NCBI GenBank assembly: GCA_963825995.1
Contig: CAWGVH010000006.1
Location: forward strand, 325,965 to 389,964
Length of the DNA stretch: 64,000 nt
Direction: 5' to 3'
DNA from: an uncultured Chloroflexia bacterium
Lineage (GTDB): Bacteria > Chloroflexota > Limnocylindria > Limnocylindrales > CSP1-4
How positions within the stretch are numbered: the first letter of the stretch is position 1; the number at the start of each line of letters is the position of its first letter. Of this stretch, positions 51,403 to 60,359 are shown in pieces. The position numbers and the translations under genes are program-made. The notes below the pieces were generated by a model. It ran no database searches. It had not been told where the DNA came from and saw only the letters and a list, made by a program, of their open reading frames with translations.

Positions 51403-52778
51403 TCGGTCGGGTCCTCATCGCCAACCGCGGCGAGATCGCGGTCCGGATCCTGCGGGCCTGTCGCGGCATGGGCATCGAGGCCGTCGTCGCCCACAGCGAG
51501 GCTGATCGTGAGTCGCGTGCCGTCCTCATGGCCGACGAGGCCATCTGCATCGGGCCGGCCGAGTCCTCGCGCTCCTACCTGTCCGCGGCGGCGGTCATCT
51601 CGGCGGCGCTGGTCAGCGGCTGCGACGCCATCCACCCGGGCTACGGCTTCCTCTCGGAGGACGATGCCTTCGCCGAGATGACGCGCGCCCACGACCTCGT
51701 CTTCATCGGCCCCTCCGCGGAGGTGCTGGAGCGCTTCGCCTCGAAGGCCGGTACGCGACAGCTGCTGGCGCAGCAAGGCCTGCCCGTGGTGCCCGGGTCG
51801 GAGGGCATGCTGCGGGATGACGACCACGCCCTCGCGGAGGCCGGGCGCATCGGGTACCCGTTGCTCATCAAGCCCTCGGCGGGTGGGGGTGGCAAGGGCA
51901 TGCGCCTGGCACGCACCGCGCGCGAGCTGCAGCAGGCGCTGACCGTGTGCCGATCCGAGGCACGGGCCGCCTTCGGGGACGACTCGCTGTACCTGGAGAA
52001 GTGGCTGGAACGCACCCGCCACGTGGAGGTGCAGGTCATCATCGACAACTACGGCCGGGGCGTGCACGTGGGCGAGCGCGACTGCTCGGTGCAGCGACGT
52101 CACCAGAAGATCGTCGAGGAGGCGCCCAGTCCGGCCATCGACGATGCCACGCGGATCGAGCTGGCCGAGTCGGCCGTTCGGGCTGCCCTGGCGGCGGGCT
52201 ACCGCAACGTGGGCACCCTGGAGTTCCTCGTCGACGGCGAGGGGCGCTACTTCTTCATCGAGATCAACGCCCGCATCCAGGTCGAGCACCCCATCACGGA
52301 GATGCTCTCCGGCATCGACATCGTGGCTGAGCAGATCCGCCTGGCGGCCGGAGAACCCCTCGGTTACGGGCAGGAGGCCGTGCGCCTGCGTGGCCACGCC
52401 ATCGAGTTCCGCATCAACGCCGAGGACGTGCGCGCCGACTTCCGGCCGCAGGTCGGGACCGTGGAGCACTATGTGCCGCCCGGCGGCGCCGGGGTCCGCA
52501 TGGAGACGCACCTCTACAGCGGTTACGAGGTCCCGCCGTACTACGATTCGCTCCTTGGAAAGCTGATCGTCTGGGGACCGGACCGGGAGAGCGCCGTGGC
52601 GCGCTCGCGGGTGGCCCTCAAGGAGCTGCTCGTGGATGGGCTGGAAACCAACATCCCGTTCCATCGGGCCATCCTCGAGGACCCCACGTTCCTCTCCGGT
52701 GGCTTCGACACGAATCTGCTCGACCGCAAGGGTGCCGCGGCCTTCCTGGACGCCGCGGCCGGCGCCGGCGAGGCCTGA
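51399..52778 (+). CDS. accC: biotin carboxylase
   Basis: RVLIANRGEIAVRI. ATP-grasp motifs. 459 aa. Confidence 0.9.
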   Translation: MIGRVLIANRGEIAVRILRACRGMGIEAVVAHSEADRESRAVLMADEAICIGPAESSRSYLSAAAVISAALVSGCDAIHPGYGFLSEDDAFAEMTRAHDLVFIGPSAEVLERFASKAGTRQLLAQQGLPVVPGSEGMLRDDDHALAEAGRIGYPLLIKPSAGGGGKGMRLARTARELQQALTVCRSEARAAFGDDSLYLEKWLERTRHVEVQVIIDNYGRGVHVGERDCSVQRRHQKIVEEAPSPAIDDATRIELAESAVRAALAAGYRNVGTLEFLVDGEGRYFFIEINARIQVEHPITEMLSGIDIVAEQIRLAAGEPLGYGQEAVRLRGHAIEFRINAEDVRADFRPQVGTVEHYVPPGGAGVRMETHLYSGYEVPPYYDSLLGKLIVWGPDRESAVARSRVALKELLVDGLETNIPFHRAILEDPTFLSGGFDTNLLDRKGAAAFLDAAAGAGEA

Positions 52779-52804
52779 GCTGGCCCAGATGTGAGAAGGA
52801 GACC

Positions 52805-53287
52805 ATGACAGACGCGCCGCCCGCCACCGAACAGACGACGGTGCTGCTCAGCACCGCCGAGCTGCAGCGGCTCATCCCGCACCGTTGGCCCTTCCTGCTC
52901 GTCGACCGCGTCCTCGAGGAGGACCGCGAGCGGGGCTACATCCGGGCCGAGAAGGCCGTCACCGCGGGCGAGTGGTTCTTCGGAGGCCACTTCCCGGGCC
53001 TGCCTGTCATGCCCGGCGTCCTGCAGGTGGAGGCCCTGGCGCAGACGATGGCCATCTACGTCGCCCGTAGCGAAGGGTTCGGCGATCGCATCGGCCTCTT
53101 CGCCGGCATCGACGAGTGTCGCTTCAAGCGCATCGTGCAACCGGGCGACCGCATGACCCTCGAGGTGACCATGGAGAAGCTGGGTCGCCGTTTCGGCAAG
53201 GGCCGCGCCGTGGCCTCGGTCGACGGTGAGGTCTGCTGCGAGGCGCGCATCTCCTTCGTCATCCCCCCGGCTGAGGCGCTCCGGTGA
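52805..53287 (+). CDS. fabZ: 3-hydroxyacyl-ACP dehydratase
   Basis: Hot-dog motif FGGHFPGLPVMPGVLQVEALAQ. Confidence 0.85.
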   Translation: MTDAPPATEQTTVLLSTAELQRLIPHRWPFLLVDRVLEEDRERGYIRAEKAVTAGEWFFGGHFPGLPVMPGVLQVEALAQTMAIYVARSEGFGDRIGLFAGIDECRFKRIVQPGDRMTLEVTMEKLGRRFGKGRAVASVDGEVCCEARISFVIPPAEALR

Positions 53288-54033
53288 GCGGCCTGCGTGT
53301 CGCGCTCCTCGCCGACATCCACGGCAACGCCCTGGCTCTCCAGGCGGCCCTGGCCGATATCGAGGCCCGGAAGCCGGATCGGTTGGCCATCCTTGGCGAC
53401 CTCGTGTTCAACGGTCCGCGTCCCGCGGAGGTGCTGAGTGCCGTCATGGAGCTGGATGCCGCCGGCGCCCTGGTCATCTCGGGCAACACGGACATCGCCG
53501 TCGCAGACGGCGACTTCACGGCCGCCTTCCCGTGGCTCGACGAGGTACCGGCGGGTCACCGCGCTGCCGCGGAGTGGGCTCGTGAGCAGCTCGATGCAGG
53601 GCAGCTGGAGTACCTGCGTCGCTTGCCTGCCGAGCGCCGCATCGCCGTCGGCGACCAGCTCGTCCTGGCCTGTCACGCCTCGCCGGGCAGCCAGACAGCG
53701 GGCCTGGCCGTCGATCTCGACGCGGCCGTGACGATGCAGTACGCCACGCGCACGGATGCGCGGGTCATCTGCTGTGGGCACACGCACGTGGCGGACGTCC
53801 GCGAGCTGGGCCGCAAGCTGCTGGTGAACCCGGGCTCCTGCGGCTATGCCTTCGACGGCACTCCCGACGCCTGCTGGGCGATGCTCACCGTGGCTGAGGC
53901 TGAGGAGCCGGAGGCCCAGCTGTATCGTGTCGCGTACGATGCGCAGACGGCGGCCGAAGAGGTCAGCCAGCGCGGTCTCCCGTCCGACGTCTACCGTGCC
54001 GCCACGATCCGCACCGGGAGATTCGTGCGATGA
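53284..54033 (+). CDS. calcineurin-like metallophosphoesterase (YfcE-like)
   Basis: LADIHGN, GDLV.NGP, GNTD, CGHTH metal-ligand blocks. GTGA and ATGA overlaps with fabZ and fabF. Confidence 0.7.
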   Translation: MSGLRVALLADIHGNALALQAALADIEARKPDRLAILGDLVFNGPRPAEVLSAVMELDAAGALVISGNTDIAVADGDFTAAFPWLDEVPAGHRAAAEWAREQLDAGQLEYLRRLPAERRIAVGDQLVLACHASPGSQTAGLAVDLDAAVTMQYATRTDARVICCGHTHVADVRELGRKLLVNPGSCGYAFDGTPDACWAMLTVAEAEEPEAQLYRVAYDAQTAAEEVSQRGLPSDVYRAATIRTGRFVR

Positions 54034-55299
54034 GCGATGTCGCCCGCGGGCGCCGCGTGGTCGTGACCGGGCTGGGAGCGGTCACGCCCCTGGGTAGCGG
54101 CGTGCCCGTGTACTGGCGGCGCCTCGTGGCCGGCGAGTCGGGTGTTCGCCCCATCACGCTGTTCGATGCCGATGGTCTGGGCAGCCGTATCGCCGGCGAG
54201 GTGCCCGACTTCGATTCCTCCGGGGTCCTCGACCGCAAGGAGGTACGGCGCAATGACCGCACCACGCAGTTGGCCCTGGTGGCCACGCGCGAAGCGCTCG
54301 ACGACGCCGGCCTGCCGGGCCGCCTAGAGGGCAGCCTGGCCGAGCAGACGGGCATCCTCATGTCGTCCGGCCTGGGCGGCACGGCCACCCTCATCGAGCA
54401 GATCGGCATCTCGCTCACGAGCGGTCTGACGCGTCTCAGTCCCTTCTTCATCCCCATGGTCATCGCCAACATGCCCTCCGGCGTGGCCGGCATCGTCTTC
54501 GGCGCCCTGGGTCCCAACTTCTCGACCACCAGCGCTTGCGCATCGTCGGGGCACGCCCTGGGCGAGGCCAGCGAGATCGATCCGGCGCGGCGACGCCGAC
54601 ATCATGGTCGCGGGGGGCTGCGAGGCCTCCGTGCAGGGCGCCACGGTGGGCGGCTTCGCGGCCATGCGTGCCCTCTCGACTCGCAACCACGAGCCCTCTG
54701 CGGCCAGCCGCCCCTTCGACGCTGCCCGCGACGGCTTCGTCGTGTCCGAAGGAGCCGCGGCGCTGGTCCTCGAGGGGTTGGACCACGCCATTCGGCGCGG
54801 CGTGCACATCTATGCCGAGGTCCGTGGCTACGGCGCCACAGCCGACGGCCACCACATCACCACGCCCTCACCGGGCGGGGCGGGTGCCGTACGGGCCGCA
54901 CGCCGGGCGCTGGTCAAGGCCGGCCTGGGAGCAGAGCGCATCGACCTCGTCAGCGCTCACGCCACCAGCACCGGCGAAGGTGACCCGACCGAACTGCTGG
55001 CCATCAACACACTGGTTGGCGACCATGCCCCGCAGGTCAGCGTGACCGCCACCAAGTCGTCCATCGGCCACACACTGGGCGCGGCCGGCGCCATCGCCGC
55101 CGTGGCTGTCGTGAAAGCGCTGGAGGAAGGCGTCGTGCCTCCCACCCTGAACCTGGTGGATCCCGACGAGCGCGCCGGCGCACTGGACCTCACGCCGCTC
55201 CGGGCACGCCGTCGCGACCTGGACGTGGCCCTTTTGAACTCTTTCGGCTTCGGCGGTCAGAACGCGGCCATCGTGCTGCAGCGCTGGGCCGACGGATGA
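54030..55299 (+). pseudogene. fabF: 3-oxoacyl-ACP synthase II (fabF) split by an apparent 1-nt frameshift near 54580
   Basis: N part in ORF 54030..54983 (active-site Cys in TTSACASSGHALGEA). C part in ORF 54604..55299 (DADIMVAGGCEA, HATSTGEGD, GHTLGAAG). The two parts are in different frames. Removing one base in GAGATCGATCCGG restores EIIRRGDADIM. Probably an assembly indel, since fabF is normally essential. Confidence 0.75.
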
Positions 55300-55757
55300 G
55301 CCGATCCGCCGAGGTCGCTCGTCTCGTCGCCCTCATCGACCGCCTGGAGGCGCTGCTGGAGCGTTCGGGGCTCTCCGAGCTCGAGGTAGAGGTCGCGGGC
55401 ACGAGCGTGACCCTGCGCACGCCGGCCGCACTGGCGCCATACGCCGCCGCCGTTACCGTCGGCGAATCCCCGAGCGAGCCAGCACCACCGCCCGAAGAGC
55501 CGGCCCGGCCCCGGGGCTCGCACGCCATCGTGGCGCCTCTGACCGGGGTCTTCTACCGCTCGCCGTCACCCGGCGCCGAGCCCTACGTCCGGGAGAGCGG
55601 CCCGGTCAATGCCGGGCAGGTCATCGGCCTCATCGAGGCCATGAAGCTGTTCAACGAGATCAAGAGCGACGTCACCGGCACCGTCCGCCACCTCGCCGTC
55701 GGTGACGGCGACCTGGTCAAGGCGCGCCAGACGCTCATCGAGGTGGATCCGGCATGA
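55296..55757 (+). CDS. accB: biotin carboxyl carrier protein
   Basis: Biotinylation motif IEAMKLFNEI. ATGA overlaps on both sides. Confidence 0.85.
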   Translation: MSRSAEVARLVALIDRLEALLERSGLSELEVEVAGTSVTLRTPAALAPYAAAVTVGESPSEPAPPPEEPARPRGSHAIVAPLTGVFYRSPSPGAEPYVRESGPVNAGQVIGLIEAMKLFNEIKSDVTGTVRHLAVGDGDLVKARQTLIEVDPA

Positions 55758-56968
55758 GTGGCCCGGGCTCCTACACGGCCGGCGCGCCGGCCAGCGTGCG
55801 CATCAGCGGCTGGGGCTCCTACGTGCCTGAGCGCGTCCTCTCCAACACGGACCTCGAGCGCATCGTGGACACCTCGGATGAGTGGATCCGCACGCGCACG
55901 GGCATCAGCCAGCGGCGCGTGGCGGCCCCGCATGAGACGACGGCCACCCTGGGCGCCATCGCAGCCAAGCGCGCCGTGGCCGTGGCCGGCCTGTCGCCCG
56001 ACGACATCGACGTCATCATGGTGGCCACGCTGACGCCGGACTACCCCATGCCCTCGACTGCCGTCCTCGTCAAGGAGGCCATCGGGAACAGCACGGCGGC
56101 CGCCTTCGACGTCGCCGCGGCCTGTTCCGGCTTCGTCTACGGCTACGCCGCGGCTGACGCCTTCGTCCGCAGCGGCATGGCCCGCCACGTGCTGGTCATC
56201 GGCGCGGAGCTGCTGACGCGCTTCATCGACTTCTCAGACCGCACCACCTGCATCCTCTTCGGTGACGGGGCCGGAGCGGTCGTGCTCTCCGCCTCTGAGG
56301 AGGGCGGGGGAGGGCTGGCCGGCCTGGAGATGACGACCGACCCGGACGGTGCCTACATGATCTGGCTGCCCTCGGGCGGCTCACGCAGCCCGTCGAGCAT
56401 GGAGACGGCCAGGCGCGGGGAGCACTTCATCCGGATGGAGGGCCGCGAGACCTACCGCTACGCCACGCGGACCCTGGCGGCCTCGGCCCTGGCAGCGATC
56501 GCCAAGGCCGGCTGGGAGCCGGAAGAGGTGGACCTCTTCATCCCGCACCAGGCCAACATCCGCATCATCGAGGCCGTGGCCCGGGGCCTGGGCCTGCCCA
56601 TGGAGAAGATGGTCGTCAACATCGACCGCTACGGCAACACCTCGGCAGCCTCCGTGGGCATCGCCCTCGACGAGGCTGTCCGCGGTGGCCGCGTCAAGCC
56701 GGGCGACAAGCTCGTCCTCTTCGCCTTTGGGGCCGGCTTCACCAGTGGTGCTGCGGCCATCACCTGGACCGCCGACCCCGCCAACTCCGCGCGCAGCGAC
56801 GATGTCAAGCCGGTGGCCAGCGTGCGGGCGCCGCTCGACTGGGCCTCGGTCGATCCCATGCCACCCCGCCTGGCTGCCGTGCTGGCCGCTCCGGGTGGGC
56901 CGCCGGTCCCGCTCGACGACGTCATCCCGGGCGACCCCGCGCCGGCGCAGCCAGAGGAGGAGGCATGA
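55754..56968 (+). CDS. fabH: 3-oxoacyl-ACP synthase III with ~70 aa Pro/Ala-rich C-terminal extension
   Basis: Cys AAACSGF, His HQANIRII, Asn GNTSAAS. Confidence 0.85.
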   Translation: MSGPGSYTAGAPASVRISGWGSYVPERVLSNTDLERIVDTSDEWIRTRTGISQRRVAAPHETTATLGAIAAKRAVAVAGLSPDDIDVIMVATLTPDYPMPSTAVLVKEAIGNSTAAAFDVAAACSGFVYGYAAADAFVRSGMARHVLVIGAELLTRFIDFSDRTTCILFGDGAGAVVLSASEEGGGGLAGLEMTTDPDGAYMIWLPSGGSRSPSSMETARRGEHFIRMEGRETYRYATRTLAASALAAIAKAGWEPEEVDLFIPHQANIRIIEAVARGLGLPMEKMVVNIDRYGNTSAASVGIALDEAVRGGRVKPGDKLVLFAFGAGFTSGAAAITWTADPANSARSDDVKPVASVRAPLDWASVDPMPPRLAAVLAAPGGPPVPLDDVIPGDPAPAQPEEEA

Positions 56969-57714
56969 TCGATCTGTCGGGCAAGAGTGCCGTGGTCACG
57001 GGTGGTTCGCGTGGCATCGGCCGTGCCATCGCGTTGCGGCTGGCCGAGCAGGGCGCTGACGTGTGCATCAGCTACCACGGCAAGCACGAGGCCGCCGCCG
57101 GCGTGGTGGCGGCCATCGAAGCCACGGGCCGCCGAGGACTGGCCGTGCAGGCCGATGCCGCTGAGCAGGCCTCGGCGAGCGCGCTCATCGAGGCCGCGGC
57201 GGCGGCCTTCGGGCGCATCGACATCCTCGTCAACAACGCGGGCATCACGCGCGACGACCTCATCATGCGCATGAAGCCCGAGGACTGGTCGGACGTCATC
57301 GCCACCAACCTGTCGGGCGCCTTCTTCGCCATCAAGGCCGTCACGCGCCCCATGCTCAAGGCGCGGAGCGGTCGCATCATCAACATCACCAGCGTCTCCG
57401 GGCAGGCCGGCCAGATGGGCCAGGCGAACTACTCGTCGGCCAAGGCCGGGCTCATCGGTCTCACCAAGGCCACGGCCCGGGAGCTCGCCAGTCGCGGCAT
57501 CACCTGCAACGCCGTGGCACCGGGCTTCATCGAGACGGAGCTGACCTCGGGCTTGGCCCAGGAGTTGCTCGACGAGCTGAAGGCGCGCACGCCCCTGGGG
57601 CGTTTCGGTGCACCGGAGGAGATCGCCGACGCGGTCGCCTTCCTCGCCTCAGACGAAGCCGCGTTCATCACGGGCCAGGTGCTCGCCGTCGACGGCGGCC
57701 TGGTGATGATGTAG
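56965..57714 (+). CDS. fabG: 3-oxoacyl-ACP reductase
   Basis: TGGSRGIGRAIA, NNAG, YSSAKAG (YxxxK). Confidence 0.85.
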   Translation: MIDLSGKSAVVTGGSRGIGRAIALRLAEQGADVCISYHGKHEAAAGVVAAIEATGRRGLAVQADAAEQASASALIEAAAAAFGRIDILVNNAGITRDDLIMRMKPEDWSDVIATNLSGAFFAIKAVTRPMLKARSGRIINITSVSGQAGQMGQANYSSAKAGLIGLTKATARELASRGITCNAVAPGFIETELTSGLAQELLDELKARTPLGRFGAPEEIADAVAFLASDEAAFITGQVLAVDGGLVMM

Positions 57715-57739
57715 GCGACTTGGAGTACCGTTCGGCCTG

Positions 57740-58855
57740 ATGGGACGCCTCGCGGGTAGCTCGCGCCTCGCTCCGCTGTTGCTGTCGATGCTCCTCTTCG
57801 GGAGCGTGTCGCCGGTCGCGGCCATGTCGCCAGGGCTGGTACAGGACGAGGACGGACTGCGCATCGCCCTTGATTCGATGCGCCAGTTGGCCACGGACTC
57901 CCGCTCCAACCAGGGGCAGCGCACGACGACCACGCCGCGCCGCGGGCTACCTGTCCAGCTGGGCAAGGATGGCCGCCTGACCGTGCTCCTCGTCGGATCG
58001 GACTGGCGTCCCGACTCCGGGGGTGAGCGCCTCGACGTGCTCATGGTGGCCACCATCGACCCCACGACGGGTGAGGCGGCACTGGTGAGCATCCCGCGTG
58101 ACATGTCCGGCATCCCGCTCGCCGACGGCAGCAACAGCGGCGGCACGCGGGTCAATTCCATCTACTACCTGCGCTACCGCGACCCGACCCTCTCGCATGC
58201 GGCCCTCGATCGCGATGGACTGAAGAAGTTCAGCAAGGACATCGGCACTCTGCTCGGCACAGAGATCGACTACTGGGCACTGACGCGCTTCGGCACCTTC
58301 GCCAATCTCGTCAACACCTTGGGCGGCGTGCGCGTGGACGTGGAAGAGGAGGTGCTGGACACCTCATACCACCACGGCAGCTCACGTGGCGTGTGGTTCC
58401 CCGTGCAGGACGACTACACGCTCAAGGGCGACCCCAAGTGCAAGCCCAAGCCGAAGAAATGCCACTCAGCGCTCGTCTACGCTCGTTCGCGCCACGGCAC
58501 CATGGGCACCGAGTACAACAGCGACTACCGCCGCGCTGAGCGACAGCAGGACATCGTGCGCTCCGCCATCAAGGCGGTCATCGACGATCGCGGTGCCGGC
58601 GTAGCCTTGCTGGGCACCCTCCTGCGCGTCCGTGACCTCGTCGAGACCAACATCCCCAAGACGGTCGAGTCGGCCGGCCAGCTCTATGCCCTGCTCGAGA
58701 AGGTGAAGCTGCCCGAGACGAACATGAAGGTCCTGGCGCCGGCGACCTGGGCCGGCGCGGCCGGCGACGGCAGCATCAAGCCCGACCTCCCGGCCATCCG
58801 CGACTGGGTGGACAAGCACTTCGCCAGGGTTTCGGCCAAGCGCCCTCGAGACTGA
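57740..58855 (+). CDS. LytR-CpsA-Psr (LCP) family cell-envelope glycopolymer transferase
   Basis: N-terminal TM segment. LLVGSDWR...RLDVLMVATIDP...VSIPRD core. Confidence 0.75.
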   Translation: MGRLAGSSRLAPLLLSMLLFGSVSPVAAMSPGLVQDEDGLRIALDSMRQLATDSRSNQGQRTTTTPRRGLPVQLGKDGRLTVLLVGSDWRPDSGGERLDVLMVATIDPTTGEAALVSIPRDMSGIPLADGSNSGGTRVNSIYYLRYRDPTLSHAALDRDGLKKFSKDIGTLLGTEIDYWALTRFGTFANLVNTLGGVRVDVEEEVLDTSYHHGSSRGVWFPVQDDYTLKGDPKCKPKPKKCHSALVYARSRHGTMGTEYNSDYRRAERQQDIVRSAIKAVIDDRGAGVALLGTLLRVRDLVETNIPKTVESAGQLYALLEKVKLPETNMKVLAPATWAGAAGDGSIKPDLPAIRDWVDKHFARVSAKRPRD

Positions 58856-58935
58856 CGCCCCGGGGAGACTGACGCCCCGGTGAGACTGGCCCCGCGAGGT
58901 TGACATCTGGTGGAGACAGTGGCGACGGACCGCGC
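58847..58935. repeat. imperfect tandem direct repeats of ~17 nt (GAGACTGACGCCCCGGx) x2 perfect plus 3 degenerate copies
   Basis: Read directly. The first copy contains the LCP stop codon. Lies in the intergenic region upstream of the GGDEF gene. Confidence 0.45.
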
Positions 58936-58988
58936 CTCGGGTCGGCCGGGGCCTCGCGCGCCAACGCGGCCTGTGCCATCCTCGCATC

Positions 58989-60278
58989 GTGACCGAATCG
59001 ACCAGCAGCCCGGACGGCGAGCCGGGCAGCCGCGAACTGCAGATGGCCCCCGAGACGCTCACGGATGGGCAGCTCGGGCGCCGGCTCGAGCGGGCGCGTT
59101 TGGTGCTCGTGGGCAGCCTGGCCGGCCTCGCCATACTCTGCACCTGGCTGCTCGTGGACGGCGGGATCGCGCCCATCGACGTGCTCCTGGCCCTCGGTCT
59201 CCTGGCACTGGCCCTGGCGCTCTACGCCATGTCCGTGACTTCGGCGTCCCTGACCAGGAACCGCCTCGAGCGCGAGGCCGCCATGCGCCGCATCGTCTCC
59301 GGCCTCTCGCGATCGCTCTCGCCCGAGGCCGTCGTCGACACGGTCATCTCCGACCTGCGGGCCGCCACAGATGCCGATCACGTGGTCGTGGCGCGGGTGC
59401 GCCAGCCTGACGGGCACGTGGAGGTCACCCTGGTCGCCGCACGGGCAGATGCTCCGCCGTCCCGGACGACGCTGCGTCCCGAGCTGGAGGCTCGCAGCAC
59501 CAAGCTTGCCGGCGAACTCGACGAGGGTGTCGGCGAGAGCGCAGGAGGTCCCGGCGATGAGGCGGTTGCGGCAGCCGAGGAGATCGCGCGCCGCGTGCGC
59601 TCTGCCTACGGGCTGCCTCACACGCTGGCCACGCCCCTGGTGTCCGAGCGGCGCTTCCTTGGGGCGCTGCTGCTGGCGCGACGCAGCCGCGGTGCCTGGA
59701 GCGAGGGCGACCGTCGGCTCCTGAGCTGGGCTGCCGTCGAAGTGGCCACGGCCTTCACCCGCGCCTATGCCCTCGAGGCTGCCGAACGTGGCGCCAAGAT
59801 CGACGTGCTGACTGGCCTGCCCAACCGCCGATACTTCGACGAAGCCCTGGACATGGAGCGGCCTCGCCGTCGCACCGACGACACCCTGGGCATCCTCATG
59901 ATCGACATCGACCACTTCAAGATCCTCAACGATCGCTTCGGCCACGCCACCGGTGACCGCGTACTGCGGGCCGTGGCGGACGCCATCGGCCGGACCGTGC
60001 GCACCGAGGACACACCGGCCCGCTACGGTGGCGAGGAGTTCGCGGTGCTCCTGCGGCGGACGTCGGGCGAGCAGGCCGTCGAGGTCGGCGAACGCATCCG
60101 ACGTGCCGTGGTGCAGCTCCATCCGGCCAGCCTCGGCATCGACAAGCCGGTCACGGTCTCGGTCGGGGTCGCTGTGGCCGCTCCCGACCAGGCTGCCAGC
60201 CCACGCCTCGTGGAGCGTGCCGATCAGGCGCTCTACCGCGCCAAGCGGCAGGGTCGGGACCGCGTCGTGGCTGCCTGA
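58989..60278 (+). CDS. membrane-anchored GAF-GGDEF diguanylate cyclase
   Basis: Two N-terminal TM helices, GAF-like middle region, GGDEF motif RYGGEEF and DHFKILND. Confidence 0.8.
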   Translation: MTESTSSPDGEPGSRELQMAPETLTDGQLGRRLERARLVLVGSLAGLAILCTWLLVDGGIAPIDVLLALGLLALALALYAMSVTSASLTRNRLEREAAMRRIVSGLSRSLSPEAVVDTVISDLRAATDADHVVVARVRQPDGHVEVTLVAARADAPPSRTTLRPELEARSTKLAGELDEGVGESAGGPGDEAVAAAEEIARRVRSAYGLPHTLATPLVSERRFLGALLLARRSRGAWSEGDRRLLSWAAVEVATAFTRAYALEAAERGAKIDVLTGLPNRRYFDEALDMERPRRRTDDTLGILMIDIDHFKILNDRFGHATGDRVLRAVADAIGRTVRTEDTPARYGGEEFAVLLRRTSGEQAVEVGERIRRAVVQLHPASLGIDKPVTVSVGVAVAAPDQAASPRLVERADQALYRAKRQGRDRVVAA

Positions 60279-60359
60279 GCGGCGTCGGCGGATGGCCGGG
60301 CGGACGACGTCGGCGCGAACGCCGCGCGACGGATCCTCAGCAACGCTGGCATCTCGGCC

